The notes under the pieces are model-generated. The model saw only the letters and a list, made by a program, of their open reading frames with translations. It was not told the origin of the DNA and searched no databases. A stretch of 64,000 bases of DNA from a virus. Below are positions 51,178 to 61,222 of the stretch, piece by piece. The stretch lies in IMG/VR virus record IMGVR_UViG_3300033998_000095, positions 32,001 through 96,000 of that record; one strand, 5' to 3'. Every line of letters begins with the position of its first letter. Position 1 is the stretch's first letter. A program made the translations under genes and the position numbers.

Positions 51178-51909
51178 ATGATCTTTTCCAAAGAAGATTT
51201 TAAACAATTTATTTCATTGTGTGGATTCATTAAAGGTTATTGTGATGATCTTCATATTAAAAATGCAAAGATACATCAAAAGAGTAATAATAGTCTGTTT
51301 GTCATTGATGCTGATTTATCAAGTATATTTAATGCTGATATTGATGAATTAAGACTATCAAATTTACAAAAGACAAATAATATGTTATCAGTATTTTCTG
51401 ATGCTGAAGAAGTCACATTAACTAAAGATGAGAAATCCTATTATTTAAGCGATAAATCATCTACATTAGAAATAAGAATCCCACAAGATTCTATATTGAC
51501 AAACAGATATGATGAACAACTTATGACATCATATAATCCAGAATCTTACTTTTTAACATATAAATTAGATGATTATATATTAAAGAAAATAAAGAAGATA
51601 TCTGATGTTGTAAATACCCAAAATATTGAATTCAATATATCTTCTGATAACATATCTGCATTATTAACAGATACAGCCAAAAACATAACCATGACTGTAT
51701 TTACACTTCCCTATGAAGGTAGTATAGTTATTACAGAACCATACTCACTTAAATTAAATAATGCTTGTTTTTTAAATATACCTGCAAAAACAGATCCTAC
51801 GCTTTCAATCTTTTATGATGAAAACACCAATATAGCTATCACTCTAGTTAGTATTAAGTTTTCAGATGTCATTAACATAGATATATACCAACGTACCAGA
51901 ATACGATAA
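51178..51909 (+). CDS. Sliding clamp, gp45-like
   Basis: 243 aa acidic alpha/beta protein next to clamp loader and primase. Confidence 0.6.
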   Translation: MIFSKEDFKQFISLCGFIKGYCDDLHIKNAKIHQKSNNSLFVIDADLSSIFNADIDELRLSNLQKTNNMLSVFSDAEEVTLTKDEKSYYLSDKSSTLEIRIPQDSILTNRYDEQLMTSYNPESYFLTYKLDDYILKKIKKISDVVNTQNIEFNISSDNISALLTDTAKNITMTVFTLPYEGSIVITEPYSLKLNNACFLNIPAKTDPTLSIFYDENTNIAITLVSIKFSDVINIDIYQRTRIR

Positions 51910-51924
51910 GGAGTTGAGCATACA

Positions 51925-52959
51925 ATGATCTTCATAGGATATTATCCATCTTGGTCTGATTTGGATTCTGTTATAGATCCTTCCAAACAAGTTAATATAT
52001 TTGTAGATCTTAAGAACTGTTTGACAGGGTTATTTATAAAGGAAGCTGTACAGACTGCTATAGATGTAAATAGAGGTTCGAAACAACCAATAACAGATAT
52101 ATTTATGTCATGGTTAGACTTTGTACTTTTTCATTTTAAATATATGCATAAAAACAATATAAATATGAATTTGTTTCATATATCTGATTCTGGTGATTCT
52201 GTATATCATAGAAGCATATATAGTGATTATAAGAAAAACAGAGTAATCACGAAGTTTAATACTGTATCAGAATTAGAAACAGATGCAGTAAAAAAAGTTA
52301 TAAGACAAAATTTTGAAGCAATACATAAAGCAGCCAAGAAAATGTATAACAATTATAGTATAAATTTATCACATTTTGAAAGTGATTTTGCAGCACATTA
52401 TTTAATAAAAACAGAGTTTAACGATGATAAATATATTAATATAATTTACTCAAGAGATACTGATATGTTTCAGACTTTAAAGTTTAAAAATACTAAGATA
52501 TTTTATAGAAACTCAAAAAATAATAAATGCTTTTATGATCATACTAATTGGTATACTAAATTTGAAAAACAGGTTGATATAGATCCAACATTTCCAGTAG
52601 AAAATTATATTTATGTTAAATGTATAGCTGGAGATAAGAGTGATGATGTGCCTGGTATTAGAGGATATGGATTTAAGAAAACATTTGCATTCTTAAATCA
52701 AATTAAAGAACCAATTAACAATATTAAAGTTTTAAGAGAGATAATAGAACTAATGGATACTGATATAGCTCATAAGATGTTAGATAATTGGGATATAATT
52801 GAACGTAATTATAAGTTGATGTGCTTTGATGAAATTATTAATTCAATACCATTATCAGTTTTTAATGAGTTCAATAAATTAGATCAGCAAAAGAAATTAT
52901 CCTTTGGAGAGACAATGTTATTTATAGACAAGATACATCAAATGTGGGGAGGAGTATAG
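51925..52959 (+). CDS. 5'-3' exonuclease / T4 RNase H-like
   Basis: YKKNR, ESD, SRDTDMFQ, GDKSDDVPGIRGYG. Confidence 0.88.
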   Translation: MIFIGYYPSWSDLDSVIDPSKQVNIFVDLKNCLTGLFIKEAVQTAIDVNRGSKQPITDIFMSWLDFVLFHFKYMHKNNINMNLFHISDSGDSVYHRSIYSDYKKNRVITKFNTVSELETDAVKKVIRQNFEAIHKAAKKMYNNYSINLSHFESDFAAHYLIKTEFNDDKYINIIYSRDTDMFQTLKFKNTKIFYRNSKNNKCFYDHTNWYTKFEKQVDIDPTFPVENYIYVKCIAGDKSDDVPGIRGYGFKKTFAFLNQIKEPINNIKVLREIIELMDTDIAHKMLDNWDIIERNYKLMCFDEIINSIPLSVFNEFNKLDQQKKLSFGETMLFIDKIHQMWGGV

Positions 52960-52965
52960 AATAAG

Positions 52966-53679
52966 ATGCTTTCAATGCAGAAAGTCTTATATTATATAAA
53001 AAGACAATTAGGTTTTCCATATGTTGGCATAGAATTATCTGATAATGATATAGAGATGGAAATAAAGATGTTTGTTTTACCAAAATTTTCCAAATATGTT
53101 CCAAATGTTAATTGGGTTACAGTAAATCCTAATATTCCTCAGTATTTGGTATCACCAGGATCAAACATGTATTATATATTTGATCCTGATGGATGTTCTA
53201 TATTAAATGTAGTTGCTGTGCATTATGAAGAAACAGATTATTTGGTGCATAGATATCCTTATACATATACATTAGCTAATGAAGAAGAAGTTATTGCATA
53301 TGTTGAAGGAATAGAACGAGCAGAAACTGCAATGATATTCTCAGGGGCAGCTAGAACATTTATGTATATACCTCCTAATATAATAAGAGTATATCCACAT
53401 AGAGAACCACCAGCATCTTTTATAGTTAAATATGAAAGAGTACATCCTGAGCATTTAGCTACTATCCCAGCTGAATTTGAAATAGATTTTCTAGTATTAT
53501 CACTAGCACATATTATGACAATTTGTGGCAATATACGTAATAAATATCAGACTATAACAACTCCATTTGGTGATATTCCACTCAATGCTGATTTGAGAGA
53601 AAGAGCTGAGACACTAGAACAAAATGTTATATCTAGACTTGAGAGTTTGCCACCTAATATACTAATAGATGTTTACTAA
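52966..53679 (+). CDS. Neck protein, T4 gp13-like
   Basis: YIKRQLGFPYVGIEL at the N-terminus; GNIRNKY...IPLN near the C-terminus. Confidence 0.6.
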   Translation: MLSMQKVLYYIKRQLGFPYVGIELSDNDIEMEIKMFVLPKFSKYVPNVNWVTVNPNIPQYLVSPGSNMYYIFDPDGCSILNVVAVHYEETDYLVHRYPYTYTLANEEEVIAYVEGIERAETAMIFSGAARTFMYIPPNIIRVYPHREPPASFIVKYERVHPEHLATIPAEFEIDFLVLSLAHIMTICGNIRNKYQTITTPFGDIPLNADLRERAETLEQNVISRLESLPPNILIDVY

Positions 53680-53702
53680 TCAATAATTGAAGGTGATTCT
53701 TA

Positions 53703-54176
53703 GTGACATCAAAGCAGAAGGCCAAAGGTAAATACTTTGAATCTAAGATAGCATCACTCATATGTGAAGGTTTAAATCTTGATGAATATCAATGCAAACG
53801 ATCTCCATTTTCAGGCAACGAACGTCTTGAGTTTGGAGATATTTATTTTTCCAATCCTGAAAAATATGGTATAATTATAGAGTGTAAATTCCATAATGAT
53901 TGGGATATGAGATCTATATGGCCAACTGTTGGTTCTAAGTTTCTATCTTTCTTGGATGAATTATATGAAGCATATAATAAATATAAACATAAATTTAATA
54001 GAGAGCCTATATTTGCAGGTGTAGTATTCTCTAAACCATATTATGATATTTATGTTTTAACATGGTATGAGTTAAATATTCCAGTAAAAGTTGTATGTGC
54101 TAACACATATAATAATAATATATTATACTTATATCTGTTTAAAGATGTATTAAATGAATTAAAAGATATGATATGA
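53703..54176 (+). CDS. Holliday junction resolvase-like PD-(D/E)XK nuclease
   Basis: KAKGKYFE, RSPFSG, GDI, IECK. Confidence 0.75.
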   Translation: MTSKQKAKGKYFESKIASLICEGLNLDEYQCKRSPFSGNERLEFGDIYFSNPEKYGIIIECKFHNDWDMRSIWPTVGSKFLSFLDELYEAYNKYKHKFNREPIFAGVVFSKPYYDIYVLTWYELNIPVKVVCANTYNNNILYLYLFKDVLNELKDMI

Positions 54177-54203
54177 TTGGACTGATATTTAAAAGAAAAT
54201 ATC

Positions 54204-54232
54204 TTGACAAACGTTAGTAGTAAGGATAGTAT
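54204..54232 (+). promoter_or_regulatory. sigma70-type promoter
   Basis: TTGACA-N17-TAGTAT. Confidence 0.7.
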
Positions 54233-54260
54233 AAAGCCACAATACTGGAGGGTATGATAA

Positions 54261-54665
54261 GTGGATGAGAAAAATTCCAAATATACTAAATCTATAGAAA
54301 GTCTTAATTCTATAATAGAAGAAAGAAATAAATTAGCTGAACTATGTGAAGAAATTAAGGATGTTAGAACAGAGGTTCAAAATAGAGTATTAGGTTATAT
54401 TAAAAATAGTGCTAAGAATTTACCTAACTTTTATTCAACTAAAGAGATACTTGATACATTATCTTCTTTGTTTAAAACTGAGTTGGATATACATGATAGG
54501 ATAATACGTTCACATGAAAAGACTATAGAGATAACAGCTAAATATATTCCAAGTTCTGAAGATGAAGAAACACCATATGAATTGAATTTTGAGAAATTAA
54601 GTGAATTAAAAAGAATGGTTTTTGCAACACCAGATCCAGATGATGGAGGTAATGATAATGGATAA
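54261..54665 (+). CDS. Hypothetical coiled-coil protein
   Basis: GGAGG SD with GTG start. Confidence 0.65.
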   Translation: MDEKNSKYTKSIESLNSIIEERNKLAELCEEIKDVRTEVQNRVLGYIKNSAKNLPNFYSTKEILDTLSSLFKTELDIHDRIIRSHEKTIEITAKYIPSSEDEETPYELNFEKLSELKRMVFATPDPDDGGNDNG

Positions 54666-54903
54666 GGCAATACAGCTTACAATAAGATTGGATAATGGAG
54701 ATATTATTGTTGGAACATTAGCTAAAAGAGATAGAGATTTCATTTATCTTGATGATGCTGTTGTATCTACAAAGAGTGATACATCAACTGCATTTAGCGT
54801 ATGTATACCTAAATCTAAAATAGTTTACATGTCATCTCAAGAGCAGATATCATTTAAACCAAATAAATCAAAACAATCTGGCAGACAATTATTAAGAGAG
54901 TGA
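54658..54903 (+). CDS. Sm/LSm-fold-like protein
   Basis: LTIRLDNGDIIVGTL...FIYLDDA (Sm1-like) and CIPKSKIVYM (Sm2-like); ATG at 54658 after GGAGG. Confidence 0.55.
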   Translation: MDKAIQLTIRLDNGDIIVGTLAKRDRDFIYLDDAVVSTKSDTSTAFSVCIPKSKIVYMSSQEQISFKPNKSKQSGRQLLRE

Positions 54904-55175
54904 TAATCATGGATAAAAGAGATGGTTATACAATTAAAATTATAGGACAGGATAATAGACCAGATGATAAGTATGATCCAGAAGAACTAAAAGCTGGAAT
55001 TGAAGTAGAGAAAGAACATACTGATCAAGAAGAACTAGCAAAAAGTATTGCTAAAGATCATTTGGATGAATTGCCAGATTATTATACTAGACTTAAAAAA
55101 ATGGAAGATAAAAGCCAACTGGAAATAGAATCATTAATAGATAAGTTTTTGTATAAAGATGAAATAGATAATTAA
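54900..55175 (+). CDS. DUF5661-like phage protein
   Basis: GIEVEKEHT...IAKDHLDELPDYYTRLKKME. Confidence 0.75.
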   Translation: MIIMDKRDGYTIKIIGQDNRPDDKYDPEELKAGIEVEKEHTDQEELAKSIAKDHLDELPDYYTRLKKMEDKSQLEIESLIDKFLYKDEIDN

Positions 55176-55199
55176 ATAATTATTATTTAGAAGGGGTGT

Positions 55200-56369
55200 A
55201 TGATTATGGGTGATATTTATGAACTGGTAAAAGAGATTGAAGAGGATTTGAAAGAGACTGTTGAGGATATTAGTTTTAATGAAGATATTGAAACCATACC
55301 AACTGGTATAGATCTATTTGATACTATACTTGGTGGTGGAATACCTGTTGGTAAGTTGGTGCTTATAACAGGTGCTCCTGGTGGTGGAAAGACAAGCTTA
55401 GCAATAAGTATGATATCATCTTTGCAAAAGAGATATAAAAATGCTCTTGCTTTATATCTTGATGCTGAACAGTCTATGGGAAAGAAGAGATTGGAAGAAT
55501 TTGATGTTGATACTGATAGGACTATTCTCATTTCCCAAGATCTTACAGTAGAAAAGGTTAGCAAGATAATATCTAAAGCAACTGCATATAGAGAAAATAA
55601 AAAATATAAAGATATTAATGATCCTTTCTTTGTGGTATGGGATAGTGAATCTGCTACCATGACAAATAAACAGTTAGCAGCAAACGATGATCCATCTAAA
55701 GTACTTGGACAAAAGTCAAACATGTTATCATTAGTTATCCCTAAACTGGTAAATGTTGCTAATAAGTATAAAATGACATTTATAGTTATATCTCAATTGA
55801 GAGATAAGATAAGTATGAATCCATTTGCATCTAACTCTCCTGATTTGAAAGGATTAGGTGATAAAAGAATAACTGGTGGAAATGTGATGCGTTTTCATCC
55901 ATTTCAGATCATCTATATGAGACCAAAGGAAGATGTAGATATAGATGTTTATGGATTCTCAGGTGTTATATCTGAAGTTAAATTGATAAAGAATAAGTTG
56001 TTTAGACCAAACATTAAAATTAACATAGTCTTAGATTATATACGTGGTTATAATGATTTTTGGACTAGAGAGTATCTAATAAGACAACATAAAGGTATAA
56101 AAGGTACAGCATGGCAGTATTTAGATAATTATCCAGATGTTAAGTTTAGAAAAAGCGATATCCTTAATATGTATAATACAAATGAGACATTTAGACAGAA
56201 ATTTGATGAATTGTATTATACCTATAAAGAAGAACTTTTGAAATCTACACTTCTAGATACTGCTGTTGTTGATCTTGATGATTCTGAAGAAGCAGATGAA
56301 GAAGATGGTGTTTCTGATGTCAACTACCCACCGCTTATAGAAGCGGAGGCTTGGAAAAGCCTTAGTTGA
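55200..56369 (+). CDS. recA: RecA/UvsX-like recombinase; last 16 aa come from the IscB element
   Basis: IPTGIDLFD..LGGGIP, GAPGGGKT, YLDAEQS, VWDS, SQLRDKI, TGGN, KNK. Confidence 0.92.
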   Translation: MIMGDIYELVKEIEEDLKETVEDISFNEDIETIPTGIDLFDTILGGGIPVGKLVLITGAPGGGKTSLAISMISSLQKRYKNALALYLDAEQSMGKKRLEEFDVDTDRTILISQDLTVEKVSKIISKATAYRENKKYKDINDPFFVVWDSESATMTNKQLAANDDPSKVLGQKSNMLSLVIPKLVNVANKYKMTFIVISQLRDKISMNPFASNSPDLKGLGDKRITGGNVMRFHPFQIIYMRPKEDVDIDVYGFSGVISEVKLIKNKLFRPNIKINIVLDYIRGYNDFWTREYLIRQHKGIKGTAWQYLDNYPDVKFRKSDILNMYNTNETFRQKFDELYYTYKEELLKSTLLDTAVVDLDDSEEADEEDGVSDVNYPPLIEAEAWKSLS

Positions 56370-56545
56370 CTACCCTAAGTCTTAACTGACTACGTTGGAA
56401 TAATTATCTTACCCTGAAATGATGCCCAAGTTTCAGGCTCTAAGGTGGCTCTGTAAAAGTTCTGATGGGTAGGAACGGTCAACCACAATTGGCAGTTATA
56501 CTGCAAAGTTATTCCAACATTGGGGATGGGCAAATAACTCCGAAA
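56319..56545 (+). ncRNA. omegaRNA (HEARO-like) scaffold
   Basis: GTCAACTACCC...GTTGACTACCCTAAG...CTACGTT...AACATTGGGGATGGG upstream of iscB. Confidence 0.85.
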
Positions 56546-56562
56546 GGAGGGCTTAAAGCCAA

Positions 56563-57876
56563 ATGTTAGTATATGTTATTTCAGTTGATGGGAAACCTTT
56601 AATGCCTTGCAAGCCTGCTAAGGTAAGAAAATTGCTGAAAAACAAGAAGGCTAAAATAGTAAAATATGAACCATTTACAATTCAATTATTATTTGAGTGT
56701 GAAAACCAAGTGCAAGATTGTATATTAGGAATTGACGCAGGAAGTAAACATATAGGAATAGCAGTTATAACTGAACAAGGTAATGTGCTTTATCGTGCCG
56801 AAGCAGAATTAAGGCAAGATATAAAAGAAAATATTGAAACAAGGAAACGGCTTCGGCAAGCAAGACGTAATAGAAAAACAAGATATAGAAAACCTAGATT
56901 TCTAAATAGAAAAAGGAAAGAAGGATGGTTACCACCGAGTATACAATCAAGAATTAATGCTCATATAAGACTAGTAAATGATATTGTAAAAATTTTACCT
57001 ATAAGCAGAATAAGAGTAGAAATAGGGCAATTTGATACACAGGCATTAGTTAATCCAGATATTAATGGTATAGAATATCAACAGGGAGAAATGTATGGAT
57101 ATGATAGCGTAAAAGAATATGTAAAAATAAGAGATAATTTTACTTGTCATTATGCAAAATTAAGACCAGACATACCTTGCAATGATATTCTTGAAGTAGA
57201 CCATATTATACCAAGAAGCAAGGGTGGTAGCAATAATCCAAGCAATTTGGTATGTAGTTGTGAAGCACATAATAAAGCAAAAGGCAACATGGAATACAAA
57301 GAATTTACAGGTAAAAATCTACCTAAGATAAAGCAATTTCAGGAAACGGCATTTATGAATGTTCTTAAAGATTATCTTGTGCCTAAACTACAAGAAATAA
57401 TACCAACGCAGTATACTTTTGGACTATACACACGCAGAAAGCGTAAAGAGTGGAATATAGAAAAGTCGCATATAAACGATGCAGTAGTAATTGCAAATAT
57501 AAAACCAATGAAGTATAGCGATAATATATATTATATAAAGCAAGTACGCAAAAAGAAACGTAATTTGCATGAAGAAATACCGCGTAAAGGTAGAAAAGAA
57601 CCTAATAGGAAAGCAAAAAGAAATAGCAAAAATACAAAAGAAATAATTGTAAAAGAAAAGAAGTGGTGCTTGCGGGATAAAGTGTATATACCAGAAATAA
57701 ATAAGATTGGTTTTATATCGGGATTCGCTGGTAATTGGGTATATGTGCAAGATATACAAGGCAATTATTTACAAACAACATCTAAATATAAGCAAATTAG
57801 CACAGAAAAAATTCGATTGGCGTGTAGAAACAACAATTGGATAACCGATTCATCCTCCACTTTCGCTTACGCTTAG
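56563..57876 (+). CDS. iscB: RNA-guided endonuclease IscB
   Basis: PLMP, LGIDAGSK, RQARR, HNH (DHIIPRSKGGSNNPSNL...HN), HINDA. Confidence 0.95.
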   Translation: MLVYVISVDGKPLMPCKPAKVRKLLKNKKAKIVKYEPFTIQLLFECENQVQDCILGIDAGSKHIGIAVITEQGNVLYRAEAELRQDIKENIETRKRLRQARRNRKTRYRKPRFLNRKRKEGWLPPSIQSRINAHIRLVNDIVKILPISRIRVEIGQFDTQALVNPDINGIEYQQGEMYGYDSVKEYVKIRDNFTCHYAKLRPDIPCNDILEVDHIIPRSKGGSNNPSNLVCSCEAHNKAKGNMEYKEFTGKNLPKIKQFQETAFMNVLKDYLVPKLQEIIPTQYTFGLYTRRKRKEWNIEKSHINDAVVIANIKPMKYSDNIYYIKQVRKKKRNLHEEIPRKGRKEPNRKAKRNSKNTKEIIVKEKKWCLRDKVYIPEINKIGFISGFAGNWVYVQDIQGNYLQTTSKYKQISTEKIRLACRNNNWITDSSSTFAYA

Positions 57877-57936
57877 AAGTGGAGGACTTCTCGGTAATTT
57901 AGTTAAACAATAATTATATATGTGGAGGATATTGTC

Positions 57937-58407
57937 ATGTTAAGTATTAATCAGACAAAAGCCAAAATAGCAATAATCTTTAAAGATAAAGATATAGCTC
58001 AGGAAACATTAAATGATATATGGGAAGCTTTTATAGCATTCATGGATGATGAGCTTCCCAGTAGAATTGGTAGTAAGATATTTACCAATCCAATATTTCA
58101 TTCTTCAGCAGCTGGTGAGAAAACAGGCAACATTGAAACTGAAGAATTAAGAGAGCCTATGTTCATAACTAGAAAGTATATAACAGATGTTGATGATTTT
58201 ATTCTTGTACTAAGTGCTTTAAGAAAGTGGAAACAAATGCAAGATAAAGATATCCATATTAGCATTGAAGTACTTGTTAATAAACTAAAATTTCCTTTAT
58301 ATTTACGTAATAATAAATATATACCACCTGACACATATTATCACTTGAAAGTTATTACTAAACAAGAGGAAGAATTTATTAATAAATTGAATGAAAGTTT
58401 ACTATAA
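57937..58407 (+). CDS. Hypothetical protein
   Basis: ATG at 57937 after GGAGG. Confidence 0.6.
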   Translation: MLSINQTKAKIAIIFKDKDIAQETLNDIWEAFIAFMDDELPSRIGSKIFTNPIFHSSAAGEKTGNIETEELREPMFITRKYITDVDDFILVLSALRKWKQMQDKDIHISIEVLVNKLKFPLYLRNNKYIPPDTYYHLKVITKQEEEFINKLNESLL

Positions 58408-58428
58408 AATAATTATTTAAATAGATAA

Positions 58429-59814
58429 ATGGGGGTTAATCCAATTATGATCAAAAATAATAATTTTATCTTGGACATGTTTTATACTTCAGAATTAGAT
58501 AGCGTGGATGCTCAAAAGTTAGTACTGTTTAATGATGCTGATGTATTATGGTTTTATGAACAAGTAGAGTTTAATGGTACTATAATGTATAGAGTTCCAC
58601 GCTATTATTTTACTGATAAACAGGCTACAGATCTAACTACACATGGTGAAGATATTGATTTAAAAATTAAATCAGATTATGCTCCTCAAAGTGAAGCTCA
58701 AAGGTTAGCAATAGAAGCCATAGTTAATAATGATCATGGTTTAATAGCAGCTAAGGTTGGTTTTGGAAAAACATATGTTGCTATAGATGCTATATCTAGA
58801 ATCAAAAAGAAGGCATTGATTGTAGTCAATAAAACAGCACTTATAGATCAGTGGATTGAGAGAATAATCCAATTTACATCTCTCACTGCTGATGATATTG
58901 GTATCATATCTGGCAGAAAGCAAGAATTTAATAAACCCATTTGTATTGCTACTGTTCAGACTCTATTTAGAAGAGTTAAAAACGAAGATAAAGCCTTTAT
59001 TAAAAGTATGTATGAAGCTAATTTTGGTGTTACCTTTTATGATGAATGCCATATAACAGCAGCAGCTCCAACATTTTCAACAAGTATTAAGACTATATTC
59101 TCTAAAAGACTATATGGATTGTCTGCTACGCCATATAGATCAGATGGTCTTGGACAATTATTGAATTGGTTTATAGGCCCAATTATATTTGATGATAGTA
59201 AGTTAAATGTTCCTGTATATGTTGGACTAGTAGACATACCATTGTATATATCTCAAGGATATAAGAAGTATATTGAGTGGTCTAATGACAACAGCATAAT
59301 AACACGCTATTGTAAGTTTCTTAAGAAACAGGATGTTTATATACGTCAGATAGCTAAGACAATAGATGATTTAATAAAATTAGATTTACAAATTTTAGGA
59401 TTGAGTGCAATGATAGATCTTTTGTATATGATATATGATAAATGTCAATATAAACATAAGATATCTATAGTACATTCTTCTGTAGAGGAAAAAGATTATT
59501 CTAAACAATGTATACTAGCTACATATGGAATGTTTAAAGAAGGAATGGATGTTCCACGTTTGAATACTTTAATTTATATAACTCCTATAACTAATAAGAA
59601 CAGTTTAATGCAAAGCATAGGGAGAATCAGTAGATATACATCTGCAGATAAAAAGGCGTTTGTAATAGATATAGTTAATAGTGAATATGAACCATTGAAG
59701 AAGATGAGAGAATATAGGCTTCGCTATTACAAACAATTTGGATTTAAATATGTTAATGCTGATCTGGATAATATAGATAAGTTTATAGAGTATGCACGAG
59801 GAGGTATTATATAA
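58429..59814 (+). CDS. Superfamily 2 helicase, UvsW-like
   Basis: GFGKT, DECH, LSATPYRSDG, EGMDVP, QSIGRISR. Confidence 0.92.
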   Translation: MGVNPIMIKNNNFILDMFYTSELDSVDAQKLVLFNDADVLWFYEQVEFNGTIMYRVPRYYFTDKQATDLTTHGEDIDLKIKSDYAPQSEAQRLAIEAIVNNDHGLIAAKVGFGKTYVAIDAISRIKKKALIVVNKTALIDQWIERIIQFTSLTADDIGIISGRKQEFNKPICIATVQTLFRRVKNEDKAFIKSMYEANFGVTFYDECHITAAAPTFSTSIKTIFSKRLYGLSATPYRSDGLGQLLNWFIGPIIFDDSKLNVPVYVGLVDIPLYISQGYKKYIEWSNDNSIITRYCKFLKKQDVYIRQIAKTIDDLIKLDLQILGLSAMIDLLYMIYDKCQYKHKISIVHSSVEEKDYSKQCILATYGMFKEGMDVPRLNTLIYITPITNKNSLMQSIGRISRYTSADKKAFVIDIVNSEYEPLKKMREYRLRYYKQFGFKYVNADLDNIDKFIEYARGGII

Positions 59815-59815
59815 A

Positions 59816-60748
59816 ATGGATGGACAGAAGAAAGTAAAAAAATGTTTTGTACAGGGTGATATTGAGAGTAATAATGTATATATGACTTCTGGTTTACAAC
59901 CACCAACTGATGCTGATTTGATATATAGAAGTGAGATATCAGCATATACACAACCTTTCAGTAGTGGTGGTTGTTATGATGACAAAACAAAAGTCAGAAC
60001 AGATAATGGATGGAAGTATTTCAAAGATGTAGATATTGATGAAGATCGTTTTTACACTTTTAATATAGATAGTAATAGGATTCAGTTACAGCATGCTATA
60101 AAAAAATTTGATTTCGATATTGATGAAGAATTAATTCATTTTAAAAGTACTGTATTGGATATAATGGTTACAAAAGATCATAATATGGTAATAATAGATA
60201 AAAATGGAAAATATAGAATTGTACAAGCATCAATGGTAGAAGAAATGTTTCAAAAAGGGGAACATATATTTATCCCAACTGCAGAAACAGAGCATGCTTC
60301 TTTAAAAGTACAGAGTATAGAACGAGTACCATATAAAGGAAAAGTATATTGTGTTGAAGTTCCCAATCATGTTTTGTATGTTAAAAGAGAATGTGGTATC
60401 CCTGTTTGGTGTGGAAACTCTATAGAACATGTCTTTCTTGGAGCTAAAGTGTCTGAAAAATTAAAAAAGGATATAATTGATAAGTTATTCGATATGCCAA
60501 TTAATTATATTACATTGTCACCAGTATTGAGCGTATGTAATAATTGTCATTCTAAGTTTGTAGGAGAACATTATGTATGCCCTAATTGCAAAGACGCTGA
60601 TCATATGATGATATATGCTAGGATAATTGGATATGTAAGACCAATCATATCAGGACATATACGCATAGAGAATAATATGATAAATGGTGATGAAAACTAT
60701 TGGCAAGATGCTAGACGTGTTGATTGGGTAGACAGAAATAAGTTATAA
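59816..60748 (+). CDS. nrdD: Class III ribonucleotide reductase NrdD, C-terminal (glycyl-radical) part, containing an intein
   Basis: YMTSG, SSGG|SIEHVFLG, YITLSP, CxxC...CPxC, YARIIGYVRP; ATG at 59816 after GAGGAGG. Confidence 0.9.
   Translation: MDGQKKVKKCFVQGDIESNNVYMTSGLQPPTDADLIYRSEISAYTQPFSSGGCYDDKTKVRTDNGWKYFKDVDIDEDRFYTFNIDSNRIQLQHAIKKFDFDIDEELIHFKSTVLDIMVTKDHNMVIIDKNGKYRIVQASMVEEMFQKGEHIFIPTAETEHASLKVQSIERVPYKGKVYCVEVPNHVLYVKRECGIPVWCGNSIEHVFLGAKVSEKLKKDIIDKLFDMPINYITLSPVLSVCNNCHSKFVGEHYVCPNCKDADHMMIYARIIGYVRPIISGHIRIENNMINGDENYWQDARRVDWVDRNKL
59972..60418 (+). other. Contiguous mini-intein (149 aa, no endonuclease)
   Basis: Starts CYDDKT, block B VTKDH, block F VYCVEV, ends WCGN with +1 Ser. 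Confidence 0.92.
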
Positions 60749-60772
60749 TAAAGGAGCGTATGAAAAGAAAGA

Positions 60773-61180
60773 ATGGGTGAATGCAATTTGTATCTGATTA
60801 AAGCTATATCTATACTAATTGAAGATGAAATATATCCAGATATACTATTACGCATAATGGCATCAGCAAAGACCTCTACACCCATTCTTTATTCATTAGT
60901 AAATATACTTAAAAGAGCAGAATTTATAGATGTACCAGATAAACAGTTGCTATATTTTATTAGTAAACATATAATTAAGTTATCTAAATATATACAAAGT
61001 AATACATCATCTCGTGAATTAATACATGCTAGCATTAAAGATGAACTAGAGTCATTATCAATTTGGATTGATGTTGATAATAATCTTAGTAATTTAGTTT
61101 TAATTCTTTATAAGATGTTTCCAGAAGATCATGATATAGAAAACTTAGTAAAAAAAGTTAATAATATTCTTAAAGACTAA
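60773..61180 (+). CDS. Hypothetical protein
   Basis: 135-aa ORF. Confidence 0.5.
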   Translation: MGECNLYLIKAISILIEDEIYPDILLRIMASAKTSTPILYSLVNILKRAEFIDVPDKQLLYFISKHIIKLSKYIQSNTSSRELIHASIKDELESLSIWIDVDNNLSNLVLILYKMFPEDHDIENLVKKVNNILKD

Positions 61181-61222
61181 TTCTGTAATAGTAGAATAAC
61201 TTTTATTGGGAGGTAATGTTAC

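Larger units (their letters stand above)
56319..57906 (+). mobile_element. IS200/IS605-family IscB element (no tnpA)
   Basis: Ends GTCAACTACCC... and ...CCTCCACTT...AAGTGGAGG...TTAGTTAA. Confidence 0.88.

Noticed and set aside
49295-51909. Archaeal virus assignment from the RFC-like loader, PolB and B116-like gene
   Set aside because: Multiple TTGACA-N17-TATAAT promoters and intrinsic terminators indicate a bacterial host.
56319-57940. IStron, or an ancestral RecA fusion to the downstream ORF
   Set aside because: No group I intron core is visible; an in-frame fusion arises under only one of several possible boundaries, and the downstream ORF has its own SD.
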